A model generated the notes under the pieces. The model saw nothing but the letters and a program-made list of their open reading frames with translations. It was not told where the DNA came from and made no database searches. This document shows positions 16,594 through 25,554 of a stretch of 64,000 nucleotides of DNA, in pieces; position 1 is the first letter of the stretch; each line of letters opens with the position of its first letter. A program made the position numbers and the translations under genes. Where the stretch lies: assembly GCA_016235765.1 (NCBI GenBank), contig JACRIZ010000008.1:1838-65837 (forward strand). Direction: 5' to 3'. Origin of the DNA: Rhodocyclales bacterium. Lineage in GTDB: Bacteria > Pseudomonadota > Gammaproteobacteria > Burkholderiales > Rhodocyclaceae.

Positions 16594-17868
16594 TCAGGCC
16601 AGCGCGGCCATGTCGATGACGGTGGATTCCTGGCGGCCGGTCAGGTGCAGGGCCAGTTCGCGACCGAGGGCACGGCAGGCGCCGAGTTCCTCGACCGTCG
16701 GGATCAGTCGGGCGCGCACGCCCTTGACGGGCACGCGCAGCTTGAGGCCGCGCAGGCGGTCCTCGACCATGGGCACGGCCTCGCCGCTCCAGCCGTAGGA
16801 ACCGAAGGCAGCGCCGAGCTTGCCGCGCACGTTGACGGCAGTGAGCGAGGACAGCAGGTCCCAGACGGGCTTCACAGCGTCGCCGTTGATGGTCGGGCTG
16901 CCGAAGGCCAGGCCGTCGGCTTCCTCGATGAGGTCGACGAAGGGTGCCACTTCGCCGCCCTCGATGTCGTAGAGCGAGACGCGCACGCCCGCCGCATCCT
17001 CGGCGCCGGCGGCCAGCGCCTCGGCCATGGCGCGCGTGCTGCCGTAGGCGGAGAGGTAGAAGACCAGCAGCGTCTTTTCGTCGGCCGCCTCGTTCTTGAG
17101 GCCCGAGGCGGACAACTCGCGATAGCGGGCGACGTAGCGCTTGGGCGCGTCGCGCAGGATGGGCCCGTGCGCCGGCGCGATCAGTTTCACCGGCAGCGGC
17201 TCGATCAGGTCGAGCGCCTCCAGCACATGGGCGCGGAACGGCCGCATGATGTGCGCATAATAGTACTCGAACGAGAAACGGAAGTCGCCGACCGCGTCGT
17301 TGAACAGGCGCGGGTCGCAGAAGTGGCAGCCGAACACGTCGCCGGAGAACAGCGCACACTCCTCTTCCAGATAGGTGCATTGCGTGTCCGGCCAGTGCAG
17401 GAAGGGCGTCTGCAGGAAGCGCAGGGTCCGGTCGCCGAGGTCGACGCTGCTGCCGGTCTGCGTCGGCACGTAGGCCAGGCGATCGCCGTGCAGCAGGCCC
17501 TTGAGCATCGGCTGGCCGCGCGAGGAAATGTAGAGCTGCGCCTGCGGCGCGCGCCGCAGCAGTTCGGGCAGCGCGCCGGAATGGTCGGGTTCGAGGTGGT
17601 TGAGGACGATGGCGCGAATTTCCCCATAGTCCGCCACCGACTCCAGACGGCGGAAGAAGGTGTCGGAGAAATTCTCCTTCACCGTGTCGATGACGGCGAC
17701 GCCCGCGCTGCCGCGCACGACATAGCTGTTGTAGCTAGTGCCGTTGGCGGTCTTGAGGATGATGTCGAACGTGCGCAGCCCCGGGTCGAGCGCGCCGACC
17801 CAATGAACGCCCGGAAGGAGTTCTACCGCGCGATCAGCAGCCGCCGCCGGGAGCATGGTCATGGTCAT
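16594..17868 (-). CDS. flavodiiron protein (metallo-beta-lactamase plus flavodoxin domains, FprA type)
   Basis: VLNHLEPDHSGALPELL (di-iron site) and a C-terminal flavodoxin-like LLVFYLSAYGSTRAMAE...GSPTINGD. Start is taken at one of the clustered ATGs (17868/17862/17856). The track ORF start at 18018 lies inside the upstream gene. Confidence 0.8.
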   Translation of the reverse strand: MTMTMLPAAAADRAVELLPGVHWVGALDPGLRTFDIILKTANGTSYNSYVVRGSAGVAVIDTVKENFSDTFFRRLESVADYGEIRAIVLNHLEPDHSGALPELLRRAPQAQLYISSRGQPMLKGLLHGDRLAYVPTQTGSSVDLGDRTLRFLQTPFLHWPDTQCTYLEEECALFSGDVFGCHFCDPRLFNDAVGDFRFSFEYYYAHIMRPFRAHVLEALDLIEPLPVKLIAPAHGPILRDAPKRYVARYRELSASGLKNEAADEKTLLVFYLSAYGSTRAMAEALAAGAEDAAGVRVSLYDIEGGEVAPFVDLIEEADGLAFGSPTINGDAVKPVWDLLSSLTAVNVRGKLGAAFGSYGWSGEAVPMVEDRLRGLKLRVPVKGVRARLIPTVEELGACRALGRELALHLTGRQESTVIDMAALA

Positions 17869-18310
17869 GCCCACAGGGATGGTCATGGGCGTGGCCCTGG
17901 CAGACATGGCCGTCGGTGCCGTGCTGGCAGGCCTCCATGTCCTCCTCGGGCAGGTCCGCCCCGAGGCCGATCCAGGCGTCGATGGCGGCGACGTCGAAAC
18001 CGACCTTGCGCACGCCATTGACTTCCATCAGCGGGCGGCGGATCAGCAGCGGATGCTTCTTCAATAGCGTCAATGCGCGCGCCTCGTCGCACTCCTCGGG
18101 CACGATCTCGCCGCTCTTGATGGCCGGCGAGTTGCGGTTGAACCATTGCGCGATCGGCAGCGAGCCGAAGAAGCCGCGCAGATCGGCATCCGTCCAGCGC
18201 GTCGTCATGAGGTCGCGCGGCACCACGATGTGGCCGGCGGCTTCGAGGATCTTCTTCTGCTTGGCGTTGCCGGAGCAGCCCGGCTTTTCATAGAAGGTGA
18301 CGACGGCCAT
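17834..18310 (-). CDS. ArsC/Spx-family nitrogenase-associated protein with His-rich C-terminal tail
   Basis: MAVVTFYEKPGCSGNAKQKKILEAAGH... is ArsC-like. The tail is CQHGTDGHVCQGHAHDHPCGHDHDHAPGGGC. Confidence 0.7.
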   Translation of the reverse strand: MAVVTFYEKPGCSGNAKQKKILEAAGHIVVPRDLMTTRWTDADLRGFFGSLPIAQWFNRNSPAIKSGEIVPEECDEARALTLLKKHPLLIRRPLMEVNGVRKVGFDVAAIDAWIGLGADLPEEDMEACQHGTDGHVCQGHAHDHPCGHDHDHAPGGGC

Positions 18311-18318
18311 AGGGTCCT

Positions 18319-18597
18319 TTATCTGGCAGCGATTTCGCGCTGGGCGGCAGCCCAGCGCTGCGGCGGAATGCCGGTCAGCGAGCCGGCCGGATTCATCGGC
18401 TCGTTGAGTTCATTGACGATCGCGCCCTCGATGGGGCAGATCTCGACGCACTGCGGCTTGGCGTGGTCGCCCAGGCATTCGGTGCATTTGTCGGCGTCGA
18501 TCAGGAAGTGCGGTGCGGCTTCGTAGATCGCCCTGTTCGGGCAGAGCGGTTCGCAGGCCCAGCAGTTGACGCAGGTTTCGACGATTTCGAGGGCCAT
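18319..18597 (-). CDS. fdxN: 2x[4Fe-4S] ferredoxin (FdxN / ferredoxin III-like)
   Basis: ATG overlaps the nifB TGA (TGATG). CVNCWACEPLCP and CTECLGDHAKPQCVEICP. Confidence 0.8.
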   Translation of the reverse strand: MALEIVETCVNCWACEPLCPNRAIYEAAPHFLIDADKCTECLGDHAKPQCVEICPIEGAIVNELNEPMNPAGSLTGIPPQRWAAAQREIAAR

Positions 18598-20126
18598 CAC
18601 GCCACCCGCTTCGTTTCTGCGGCAATGGGCGCGTTCAGCAGGCCTGCCGCCAGCATTTCGTGCCATACCGCCGTCACCGCTTCCTCGACCGGCTCCATGG
18701 CGTGCTCGCCGTTCGGCCGGATGCCTGCCGCTTCCAGCTCGCCCCAGGGCTCGTAGCCGATCTTGGAACACAACACGGCTTCGCAGCCCTCCAGCGCCTT
18801 GATGGTCTTGGCCAGCACCGATTCGCCGTCGCCGCAGGTGTCGCCGCCGTCGCAGTAGAGGTCGGTCTTGCGGTGGCCGATCAGCTTGGCGCCGGCAGCC
18901 GTCGCTTCATAGACCAGGAATTCGCGGGCATGGCCGAAGTGCTCGGCGACCATGCCGTTCTTCGCGGCAACCGCCATGAGCACGGGGCGACCAGAGTCAG
19001 TCGTCGTAGTACGCCTGTGTATCGTCACCACTGCCACGCCGGCTGGCTGCGGGGCATGAGCCTTGGCCTTCTTGGCCTCGTTCTCCGCCGCGATCTGCTC
19101 GCGCAGCGCCTTGCGCTTGGCCATGGCATCAGCCAGGAAGGCGTCGTCCATCTCCATTGCCTCGACCTTGTCCATGGTGAACTCGGCGCCGCGATCCTCG
19201 CCCAGCAGGCCGACCGCGTCGGCGCGGCACTGGCGGCAGTGGCGCATCATGTTCATGTCGCCTTCGCAGGCGTCCTGCAAATTCTTCAGTTCGGCCGGGC
19301 TGGGGCTGCGCTGGCCCATGATGCCGTAGAAGGTGCCGTGCTCGGCCTCGGCGATCAGCGGCATGACGTTGTGCAGGAAGGCGCCCTTGGCCTTGACGAC
19401 TTTCGACACCTCCTTGAGGTGCTCGTCGTTGACGCCGGGAATCATCACCGAATTGACCTTGACCAGGATGCCGCGCGCCACCAGCATCTCCAGGCCCTTC
19501 TGCTGCTGCTCGATGAGGATGCGCGCCGCCTCGATGCCGCGGATGCGCTCGCCCTGCCAGAAGATCCACGGATAGATCTTGGCGCCGACCTCGGCGTCCA
19601 CGCAGTTGATGGTGATGGTGACGTGGTCGATGTTGTGCTTGGCCAGTTCCTCGACGCTGTCGGGCAGCGCCAAGCCGTTGGTCGACACGCAGAGCTTGAT
19701 GTCCGGCGCCTTGATCGCCAGTTCGCGGAAGGTGGCGAAGGTGCGCTCGGGGTTGGCGAGGGGATCGCCGGGACCGGCGATGCCGAGCACCGACATCTGC
19801 GGAATCGCTGCCGCGACGGCCAGCGTCTTCTTCACCGCCTGGTCGGGCGTCAGCAGTTCCGACACCACGCCCGGCCGCGACTCGTTGGCGCAGTCGTACT
19901 TGCGGTTGCAGTAATGGCACTGGATGTTGCAGGCCGGCGCCACCGCGGCGTGCATGCGCGCGAAGTGGTGGTGCGCCTGCTCGGAATAGCAGGGATGGTC
20001 TTCCACCTTGCGGCGGATTTCTTCCGACAGGCCGGACAGTTGTCCGGCCGTCGAACCGCAGCTACCGGCGCTGCAACCGCCCTGTGGGGTCAGGGGTGCT
20101 TTCGAGGCAATCACGGGGAGGTCCAT
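18597..20126 (-). CDS. nifB: FeMo-cofactor biosynthesis radical-SAM protein NifB (with C-terminal NifX-like domain)
   Basis: HPCYSEQAHHHFARMHAAVAPACNIQCHYCNRKYDCANESRPGV. C-terminal NifX/NafY-like domain (MAVAAKNGMVAEHFGHAREFLVYE). SD GGAG precedes the ATG at 20126. Confidence 0.95.
   Translation of the reverse strand: MDLPVIASKAPLTPQGGCSAGSCGSTAGQLSGLSEEIRRKVEDHPCYSEQAHHHFARMHAAVAPACNIQCHYCNRKYDCANESRPGVVSELLTPDQAVKKTLAVAAAIPQMSVLGIAGPGDPLANPERTFATFRELAIKAPDIKLCVSTNGLALPDSVEELAKHNIDHVTITINCVDAEVGAKIYPWIFWQGERIRGIEAARILIEQQQKGLEMLVARGILVKVNSVMIPGVNDEHLKEVSKVVKAKGAFLHNVMPLIAEAEHGTFYGIMGQRSPSPAELKNLQDACEGDMNMMRHCRQCRADAVGLLGEDRGAEFTMDKVEAMEMDDAFLADAMAKRKALREQIAAENEAKKAKAHAPQPAGVAVVTIHRRTTTTDSGRPVLMAVAAKNGMVAEHFGHAREFLVYEATAAGAKLIGHRKTDLYCDGGDTCGDGESVLAKTIKALEGCEAVLCSKIGYEPWGELEAAGIRPNGEHAMEPVEEAVTAVWHEMLAAGLLNAPIAAETKRVA
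18993..19015 (-). repeat. 23-nt motif copy k (18/23)
   Basis: Reverse complement is GGCGTACTACGACGACTGACTCT, in the nifB inter-domain linker. Read as RRTTTTDS. Confidence 0.65.
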
Positions 20127-20158
20127 GTCGTGCTCCGCTTTGGTGTTTGCCTACCCCA

Positions 20159-20176
20159 TTGCAAGCGCGATGCCAG
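20159..20176 (-). promoter_or_regulatory. sigma54 promoter of nifB
   Basis: Reverse complement reads TGGCAT-CGCGC-TTGCA. Predicted +1 is about 20149, 23 nt before the nifB ATG. Confidence 0.75.
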
Positions 20177-20216
20177 CCCACTAAGTCATTGATTATCCAA
20201 GCCTGAATCGCACGCT

Positions 20217-20232
20217 TGTCGGGAAAGTCACA
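20217..20232. promoter_or_regulatory. NifA UAS (TGT-N10-ACA) upstream of nifB
   Basis: TGTCGGGAAAGTCACA, about 41 bp upstream of the -24 element. Confidence 0.6.
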
Positions 20233-20250
20233 AACCCGCCTTGGCGGGCT
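20229..20250 (-). terminator. rho-independent terminator candidate after the proline-rich peptide gene
   Basis: Minus strand reads CCCGCCAAGGCGGG followed by TTTGTG. The stem is short, so confidence is moderate. Confidence 0.45.
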
Positions 20251-20268
20251 TGCGACGTTGCGACGGCA

Positions 20269-20496
20269 TTACAGCCCGGGCGGCCGCGGCGGCCGAGGCA
20301 CGCCGGGCGGCACCGGCACGGGCGCATAGATCCGTCCCGGCCGGACCTTCTTCGGCTTGACTCGCCGTGGAACATGGGGCGCCGCGCGGGGCACCACCAC
20401 GACCGGCCCGGGCGGAAGCGGCACCGGCGGCCGCGGCAGCGCGTCAGCCGAAACGGAGATGGCAAGCGCAACAGCCGCCAGGAACAGCTTTTTCAA
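20269..20496 (-). CDS. small secreted proline/arginine-rich peptide
   Basis: TTG start 7 nt after GGAGGA. Signal peptide MKKLFLAAVALAISVSADA. Predicted 56-aa mature part LPRPPVPLPPGPVVVVPRAAPHVPRRVKPKKVRPGRIYAPVPVPPGVPRPPRPPGL. Confidence 0.65.
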   Translation of the reverse strand: MKKLFLAAVALAISVSADALPRPPVPLPPGPVVVVPRAAPHVPRRVKPKKVRPGRIYAPVPVPPGVPRPPRPPGL

Positions 20497-20535
20497 TTTG
20501 GTTTCCTCCGGGAAATCGTTATTGGGCGATGCAGG

Positions 20536-21390
20536 TTACTCGAAGTGCACCACCACCACCGGGTTGTCGGGCAAACCCGCATAGGTCACCGAAATCGTCG
20601 TTCCGGCCTCAACCGGCGCCGAACCCAGGAAGCCACCCAGGCTCAGCATGTCGCCCGGCTTGAGCTCGATGCCGTCCTTCCTCAGGGCCTTGGCCAGCCA
20701 CAGTGCGGCGCGGATGGGCTGCCCCATCAGCACCTTGCCGCGCGCCCGGCCGATCTCGCGGCCGCTGCGATCCTCGGCCACCACGACGTCCAGCCTTTCC
20801 AGGCTGCGGAGAAATCTCCGGCTCGGCTCCACCGGAATCCGCGGACCGACGACGCCGCCGCGGAAGGCGGCGTTGGTGGCGACCAGTTCGGCGCCCGTCG
20901 GCGAACCTTCGAGCATGATGTCGGGCAGTTCGATGAACGGTATCAGCGCGCTGATGTGGTGCAGCGCCTCCAGCGGCGACTGGGCATCGGCCAGCCCCGC
21001 ATCCTTCACCACGACGATGAAATCGGGCTCGTAGCGGAGCTTGGCGCCCTGCTTGGCATAGACCAGCGTCGAATTGAAGAGCATGAAGCCGCCGAACATC
21101 GCGCCCCAGGCCGGCCCTGAAACGCCGAAGCGCCTTTGCGACTCGGCATTGGTGAACAGCGCCTTGTAGCCCACCCGCTTGCCCAGCACGGCCGGCAAGG
21201 CTTCGATCAATTTGCCACGCGCACAGCGGGCGTCCTCTGGCGTGATGTCCTTGCCGAAGCCCTTGCTGAGCCTCGCCGACTTGAAATCCTCCAGGTAGGC
21301 CGAGACGGCCGCGTCGTCCGGACAGGCGGCCGACGCCAACAACGGCAGGCAAGCCGCCACGAACGCCCCGAATCGCTTCCCCAGCTTCAT
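20536..21390 (-). CDS. exported fumarylacetoacetate-hydrolase/2-keto-4-pentenoate hydratase-like protein
   Basis: ATG at 21390 after GGAGAG. Signal-like MKLGKRFGAFVAACLPLLASAA. The C-terminal part (GDMLSLGGFLG...) resembles MhpD/FAH family hydratases. Confidence 0.55.
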   Translation of the reverse strand: MKLGKRFGAFVAACLPLLASAACPDDAAVSAYLEDFKSARLSKGFGKDITPEDARCARGKLIEALPAVLGKRVGYKALFTNAESQRRFGVSGPAWGAMFGGFMLFNSTLVYAKQGAKLRYEPDFIVVVKDAGLADAQSPLEALHHISALIPFIELPDIMLEGSPTGAELVATNAAFRGGVVGPRIPVEPSRRFLRSLERLDVVVAEDRSGREIGRARGKVLMGQPIRAALWLAKALRKDGIELKPGDMLSLGGFLGSAPVEAGTTISVTYAGLPDNPVVVVHFE

Positions 21391-21863
21391 TTCTTGCTCT
21401 CTCCGACAGGCAACGCCGTCTTGTCCACCACGCGGCGCAGCACGAAGCTGGAATGTACTCCGGTCACGCCCTTGATTCGAGTGATCCGGTTGAGCAGCAA
21501 CTCCTGGTAGGCGTCCATGTCCTTGACCACCACCTTGAGCTGGTAGTCGGCATCCTGGCCGGTGATCAGCAGGCACTCCAGCACTTCCGGGATTTCGCTG
21601 ACCGCGCTTTCGAAGGCGTCGAAGCGCTCCGGTGTGTGCTGGTCCATCGAGATGTGGATCAGGGCCATCAGCGACAGGCCAAGCCGCTTGGGATCGACCA
21701 GCGCCCGGTAGCCGACCAGGAAACCGGCCTCCTCCAGCGCACGGACGCGCCGCAGGCAGGGCGAGGGCGACAGGCCGATGCGCTCGGCGAGGTCCTGGTT
21801 GCTGATCCGGCCGTCCTCCTGCAGCAGAGCGAGAATCTGGCGGTCGTAGCGATCAATCTCCAT
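21387..21863 (-). CDS. Lrp/AsnC-family transcriptional regulator
   Basis: MEIDRYDRQILALLQEDGRISNQDLAERIGLSPSPCLRRVRALEEAGFL plus a RAM domain. ATGA overlap with the downstream gene. Confidence 0.9.
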   Translation of the reverse strand: MEIDRYDRQILALLQEDGRISNQDLAERIGLSPSPCLRRVRALEEAGFLVGYRALVDPKRLGLSLMALIHISMDQHTPERFDAFESAVSEIPEVLECLLITGQDADYQLKVVVKDMDAYQELLLNRITRIKGVTGVHSSFVLRRVVDKTALPVGESKK

Positions 21864-21991
21864 TGCACTGCCTCCAATACGATACATGGCGCAATTTCCT
21901 GCCAAATGATCGCACTTGAGGGCCACAAAACGCAAGCACATTTCTCGCCCGATTCCTTAGCATGGCGCCATACGAATCGAGGAGCAGCGCC

Positions 21992-23695
21992 ATGTTGAAA
22001 CAGCCCGCCACCAAGTACTCGCCCTTCCCGCCCGTCGGCCTTGCCGACCGGCAGTGGCCGAACCGCGTCATCGGCAAGCCGCCGGTCTGGATGAGCACGG
22101 ACTTGCGCGACGGCAACCAGGCCTTGTTCGAGCCCATGGACGTCGAGCGCAAGCTGCGCGTGTTCAAGATGCTCTGCGCCATCGGCTTCAAGGAAATCGA
22201 GATTGCATTCCCCTCCGCCTCGCAGACGGAATTCAACTTCGTCCGCCGGCTCATAGAGGAACAGCGCATTCCCGACGACGTCACCATCGAGGTGCTCACC
22301 CAGGCGCGCGAGCACTTGATCCGCCGCACCATGGAATCGATCAAGGGCGCACGCCGCGCCATCGTGCATGTGTACAACGCGACCTCGAAGCCCTTCCGCG
22401 ACATCGTCTTCAACATGAGCCGCGCCGAGGTGATAGCCATGGCCGTCGCCGGCGTCAGGCTCGTCAAGCAGCTCGCTGCCGAAATGCCCGAGACCGGGAT
22501 CCAGCTCCAGTACAGCCCGGAAACCTTCACCGGCACCGAGCTCGATTTCGCGCTCGAGATCTGCGATGCCGTCACCGCCGAATGGGGCGCCGCGCCGGAC
22601 AACAAGGTGATCCTCAATTTGCCGACCACGGTCGAATTGACGACGCCGAATGTCTACGCCGACCAGATCGAGTGGATGCACCGCCACCTCGCCCGCCGCG
22701 ATAGCGTACTCATCAGCCTCCACCCGCACAACGACCGCGGCACCGCCGTCGCCGCCGCCGAGATGGGCCTGATGGCGGGCGCCGACCGCGTCGAGGGTTG
22801 CCTGTTCGGCAACGGCGAGCGCACCGGCAACGTCGACGTGGTCACCCTCGCGCTCAACATGTACACGCAGGGCATCGCGCCCGGCCTCGACTTCTCCGAC
22901 ATCAACGCCATCGCGCGCGAGTTCGAGGACTGCACGCGCCTGCCCATCCACCCGCGCCACCCTTACGTGGGTGACCTCGTCTTCACGGCCTTCTCCGGCT
23001 CCCACCAGGACGCCATCAAGAAGGGATTCGCCGCCCACAAGGCGGCGGGTCACGAAAATGCGCCGTGGAACATTCCCTACCTGCCGATCGATCCGGCCGA
23101 CCTCGGCCGCAGCTACGACTCGGTGATCCGCGTGAACAGCCAGTCGGGCAAGGGCGGCATCGCCTACCTGCTCGAAACCGGCTACGGCGTCGTCATGCCG
23201 CGCCGCCTGCAGGTCGAGTTCGCCGGCGTCGTGCAGCGCGAGACCGACGCGCACGGCGGCGAGATGAGCGCCGCCGACATCTGGCAGCTCTTTTCGCGCA
23301 CCTACCTCGACAGCGCGGTGCCGGTGAAATACGTCGAGCATCACCTGTTCGAACATGGCACCGCCCAGGGCATCCGCTTGACGATAGAGGTCGACGGCAC
23401 GACGCATCTGCTCAGCGGCGAAGGCAACGGCCCGATCGATGCCGCCGTGCATGCCTTGCGCGGCATCGGCGCCGGACTCCAGGTGCGCAGCTACGAGGAG
23501 CGCTCGATGGGTTCGAGCAGCGAAGCCGGCGACGCGCGCGCCTGCGCCTTCATCGAGATCGCCCGGCCGGGCGGCGGCGAGCGCTACGGCGTCGGCATCG
23601 ACGGCAATATCGTCACCGCCTCGATCAAGGCGCTCATTAGCGGGGTCAACAGAATGGGTATATCCGCTGCCGGTGCGGCACACCAGGCGGCCTGA
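21992..23695 (+). CDS. leuA: 2-isopropylmalate synthase (long, LeuA type 2)
   Basis: WMSTDLRDGNQALFEPM, SLHPHNDRGTAVAAAE, C-terminal regulatory domain. ATG at 21992 is preceded by GAGGAG. The 823-aa minus ORF across it is a shadow. Confidence 0.9.
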   Translation: MLKQPATKYSPFPPVGLADRQWPNRVIGKPPVWMSTDLRDGNQALFEPMDVERKLRVFKMLCAIGFKEIEIAFPSASQTEFNFVRRLIEEQRIPDDVTIEVLTQAREHLIRRTMESIKGARRAIVHVYNATSKPFRDIVFNMSRAEVIAMAVAGVRLVKQLAAEMPETGIQLQYSPETFTGTELDFALEICDAVTAEWGAAPDNKVILNLPTTVELTTPNVYADQIEWMHRHLARRDSVLISLHPHNDRGTAVAAAEMGLMAGADRVEGCLFGNGERTGNVDVVTLALNMYTQGIAPGLDFSDINAIAREFEDCTRLPIHPRHPYVGDLVFTAFSGSHQDAIKKGFAAHKAAGHENAPWNIPYLPIDPADLGRSYDSVIRVNSQSGKGGIAYLLETGYGVVMPRRLQVEFAGVVQRETDAHGGEMSAADIWQLFSRTYLDSAVPVKYVEHHLFEHGTAQGIRLTIEVDGTTHLLSGEGNGPIDAAVHALRGIGAGLQVRSYEERSMGSSSEAGDARACAFIEIARPGGGERYGVGIDGNIVTASIKALISGVNRMGISAAGAAHQAA

Positions 23696-23783
23696 CGCAC
23701 TGGCAAGGCGGATTTTCGCTGCTACGCTGAAGATGATCGACGGAGGGTGTCTTCCGTCGCATCCAAGTTGCGAGGAGGCCGCC

Positions 23784-24269
23784 ATGCTCCAGAAGACCGC
23801 CGTGCCGATTGCCGATCGCGAAGTCGCTCTCGAGCGCTTTATCGATTCGCCGCCCGAAAAGCTCTTCCGCTGCTGGACCGAACCGGAGCTGCTCAAGCAG
23901 TGGTTCTGCCCCAGGCCCTGGATCGTCACCTCTGCCACGCTCGACGTCCGCCCGGGCGGCAGCAACTTCATCGTCATGCACGGCCCGGATGGCGAGGAAT
24001 TCCCCAACCGGGGCGTATATCTCGATGTCGTGAGCAATCGGCGGCTGGTGTTCACCGACGCCTTCGTCGACGCCTGGACCCCGTCCGAAAAGCCCTTCAT
24101 GACCGGCATCATCACCTTCGAGCCGCGCGGCAAAGGCACCCGCTACGTCGCGCGCGCCCTGCACTGGACCGTCGCCGACCGCAAGGAACACGAAAGGATG
24201 GGCTTCCACGAAGGATGGGGAATCTGCACCGACCAGTTGGCCGAACTGGCCGCCACGCTGCGCGACTGA
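23784..24269 (+). CDS. SRPBCC/AHSA1-family protein
   Basis: ATG after GAGGAGG. ALERFIDSPPEKLFRCWTEPELLKQWF... is typical of the Aha1/START-like fold. Confidence 0.7.
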   Translation: MLQKTAVPIADREVALERFIDSPPEKLFRCWTEPELLKQWFCPRPWIVTSATLDVRPGGSNFIVMHGPDGEEFPNRGVYLDVVSNRRLVFTDAFVDAWTPSEKPFMTGIITFEPRGKGTRYVARALHWTVADRKEHERMGFHEGWGICTDQLAELAATLRD

Positions 24270-24380
24270 GGCTTTTCGCCGCTAAGTAACCTTTGCTACA
24301 GACCCGCCGCGCGCGGATACCTAGGATGCGTCGCACCGTCGCCTTGACGGTTTCGATCAACTCCTGGTGAAAGCTTACCC

Positions 24381-25115
24381 ATGACGAATTCATTCCTCGC
24401 CCTGTTCTGCGCGCTTCCCGTCACGCTCTCCGTCGTTCCCGCCTCGGCCGCTGCGGCCGATGCGCCGCCCGCCTTCATGCTGGCCGGCGGCCGTACCGCG
24501 CTGGTCGTCACCGACCCGCAGAACGACTTCCTCGACCCGAAGGGCGTCGCCTACGGCCTCTTCGCCGACAACCTGAAAGAGCTCAACGCCATCGGGAACA
24601 TGGAGCGGCTGTTCAAATCGGCGAAACTTGTTGGCATGCCCGTGCTCGTCAGCCCCCATGGCTACTTCCCGACCGACCATGCCTGGGAGAATCCGGGCGC
24701 GCTGCAGAAGCAGTTGCTTAGCCTCAACATCTTCGGCCGCAAGGACGCCGTCTACGCCAGCGACCTCAACGGCAGCGGCGCCGACTTCCTGGCCCGCTAC
24801 AAGCCCTACATCCTCGACGGCAAGACGGTTGTCACCAGCCCGCACAAGGTCTATGGCCCGCACAGCAACGACCTCGTGCTGCAGTTACGCAGCCGCGGCG
24901 TCGACACCGTCGTGCTCGCCGGCCTCGCCGCCAACCTGTGCACCGACTCGCACCTGCGTGAACTGGTCGAGAACGGCTTCAAGGTGGTGGTGGTCAAGGA
25001 TGCCGTCGGCGCACCGGGCGCGGACGCCTACAAGGCCGCCGTGGTCAACTACGGTTTCATTGCCAATGCGGTGTGGACCACCGATGAAGCGGTGAAGGCG
25101 ATGGGCCGCTACTGA
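24381..25115 (+). CDS. exported isochorismatase-family cysteine hydrolase
   Basis: Signal peptide, then ALVVTDPQNDFLDP and VVLAGLAANLCTDSHLRE (catalytic Cys context). Confidence 0.75.
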   Translation: MTNSFLALFCALPVTLSVVPASAAAADAPPAFMLAGGRTALVVTDPQNDFLDPKGVAYGLFADNLKELNAIGNMERLFKSAKLVGMPVLVSPHGYFPTDHAWENPGALQKQLLSLNIFGRKDAVYASDLNGSGADFLARYKPYILDGKTVVTSPHKVYGPHSNDLVLQLRSRGVDTVVLAGLAANLCTDSHLRELVENGFKVVVVKDAVGAPGADAYKAAVVNYGFIANAVWTTDEAVKAMGRY

Positions 25116-25169
25116 TCTGGCATAGAATGGGCGGCGCCGATACGGCACCGCCCAAACGGGAGACCCGCG

Positions 25170-25517
25170 ATGAACTACAAAGGCAGTTGTCACTGTGGCG
25201 CAATTAACTTCGAGGTCGAAGGCGACTTGCACGAGGTCGCGGACTGCAATTGTTCCATTTGTTCGCGACTGGGCACTCTGCTTTGGTTCGTGCCCCGCGA
25301 CAAGCTGCGCGTGCTCACGCCCCAGGCCAGCATGGCCACCTACACCTTCGGCACCGCCACCATCACGCGCTACTTCTGCCCCAAGTGCGGCGTGCACGCC
25401 TTCGGCGAAGGCAACGAACCGAAGGGCAACCCCATGGCGGCCATCAACGTCCGCTGCCTGGAAGGTGTCGACTTCTCCGCGCTGTCGGTCAAGCACTACG
25501 ACGGCAAGTCGCTCTAG
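25170..25517 (+). CDS. GFA/CENP-V family zinc protein
   Basis: GSCHCGAINFEV...CNCSIC...YFCPKCG is the characteristic Cys pattern. Confidence 0.8.
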   Translation: MNYKGSCHCGAINFEVEGDLHEVADCNCSICSRLGTLLWFVPRDKLRVLTPQASMATYTFGTATITRYFCPKCGVHAFGEGNEPKGNPMAAINVRCLEGVDFSALSVKHYDGKSL

Positions 25518-25521
25518 CCGC

Positions 25522-25544
25522 GGCGTACCGCCACGGCTGACTTT
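25522..25544 (+). repeat. 23-nt motif copy b (21/23)
   Basis: GGCGTACCGCCACGGCTGACTTT, intergenic, 10 nt before the DUF2867-like ATG. Confidence 0.85.
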
Positions 25545-25554
25545 TCATCGAACC

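Noticed and set aside
16700-16722. Motif-like GGCGTGCGCGCCCGACTGATCCC (minus strand) in the flavodiiron gene (GVRARLIP)
   Set aside because: Only about 15/23 identity. It could be an eroded copy or chance, and this cannot be decided by eye.
21668-24139. 823-aa minus-strand ORF, the longest in this part of the track
   Set aside because: It lies opposite leuA and the SRPBCC gene, both of which have clear family motifs. The open antisense frame is typical of high-GC DNA.
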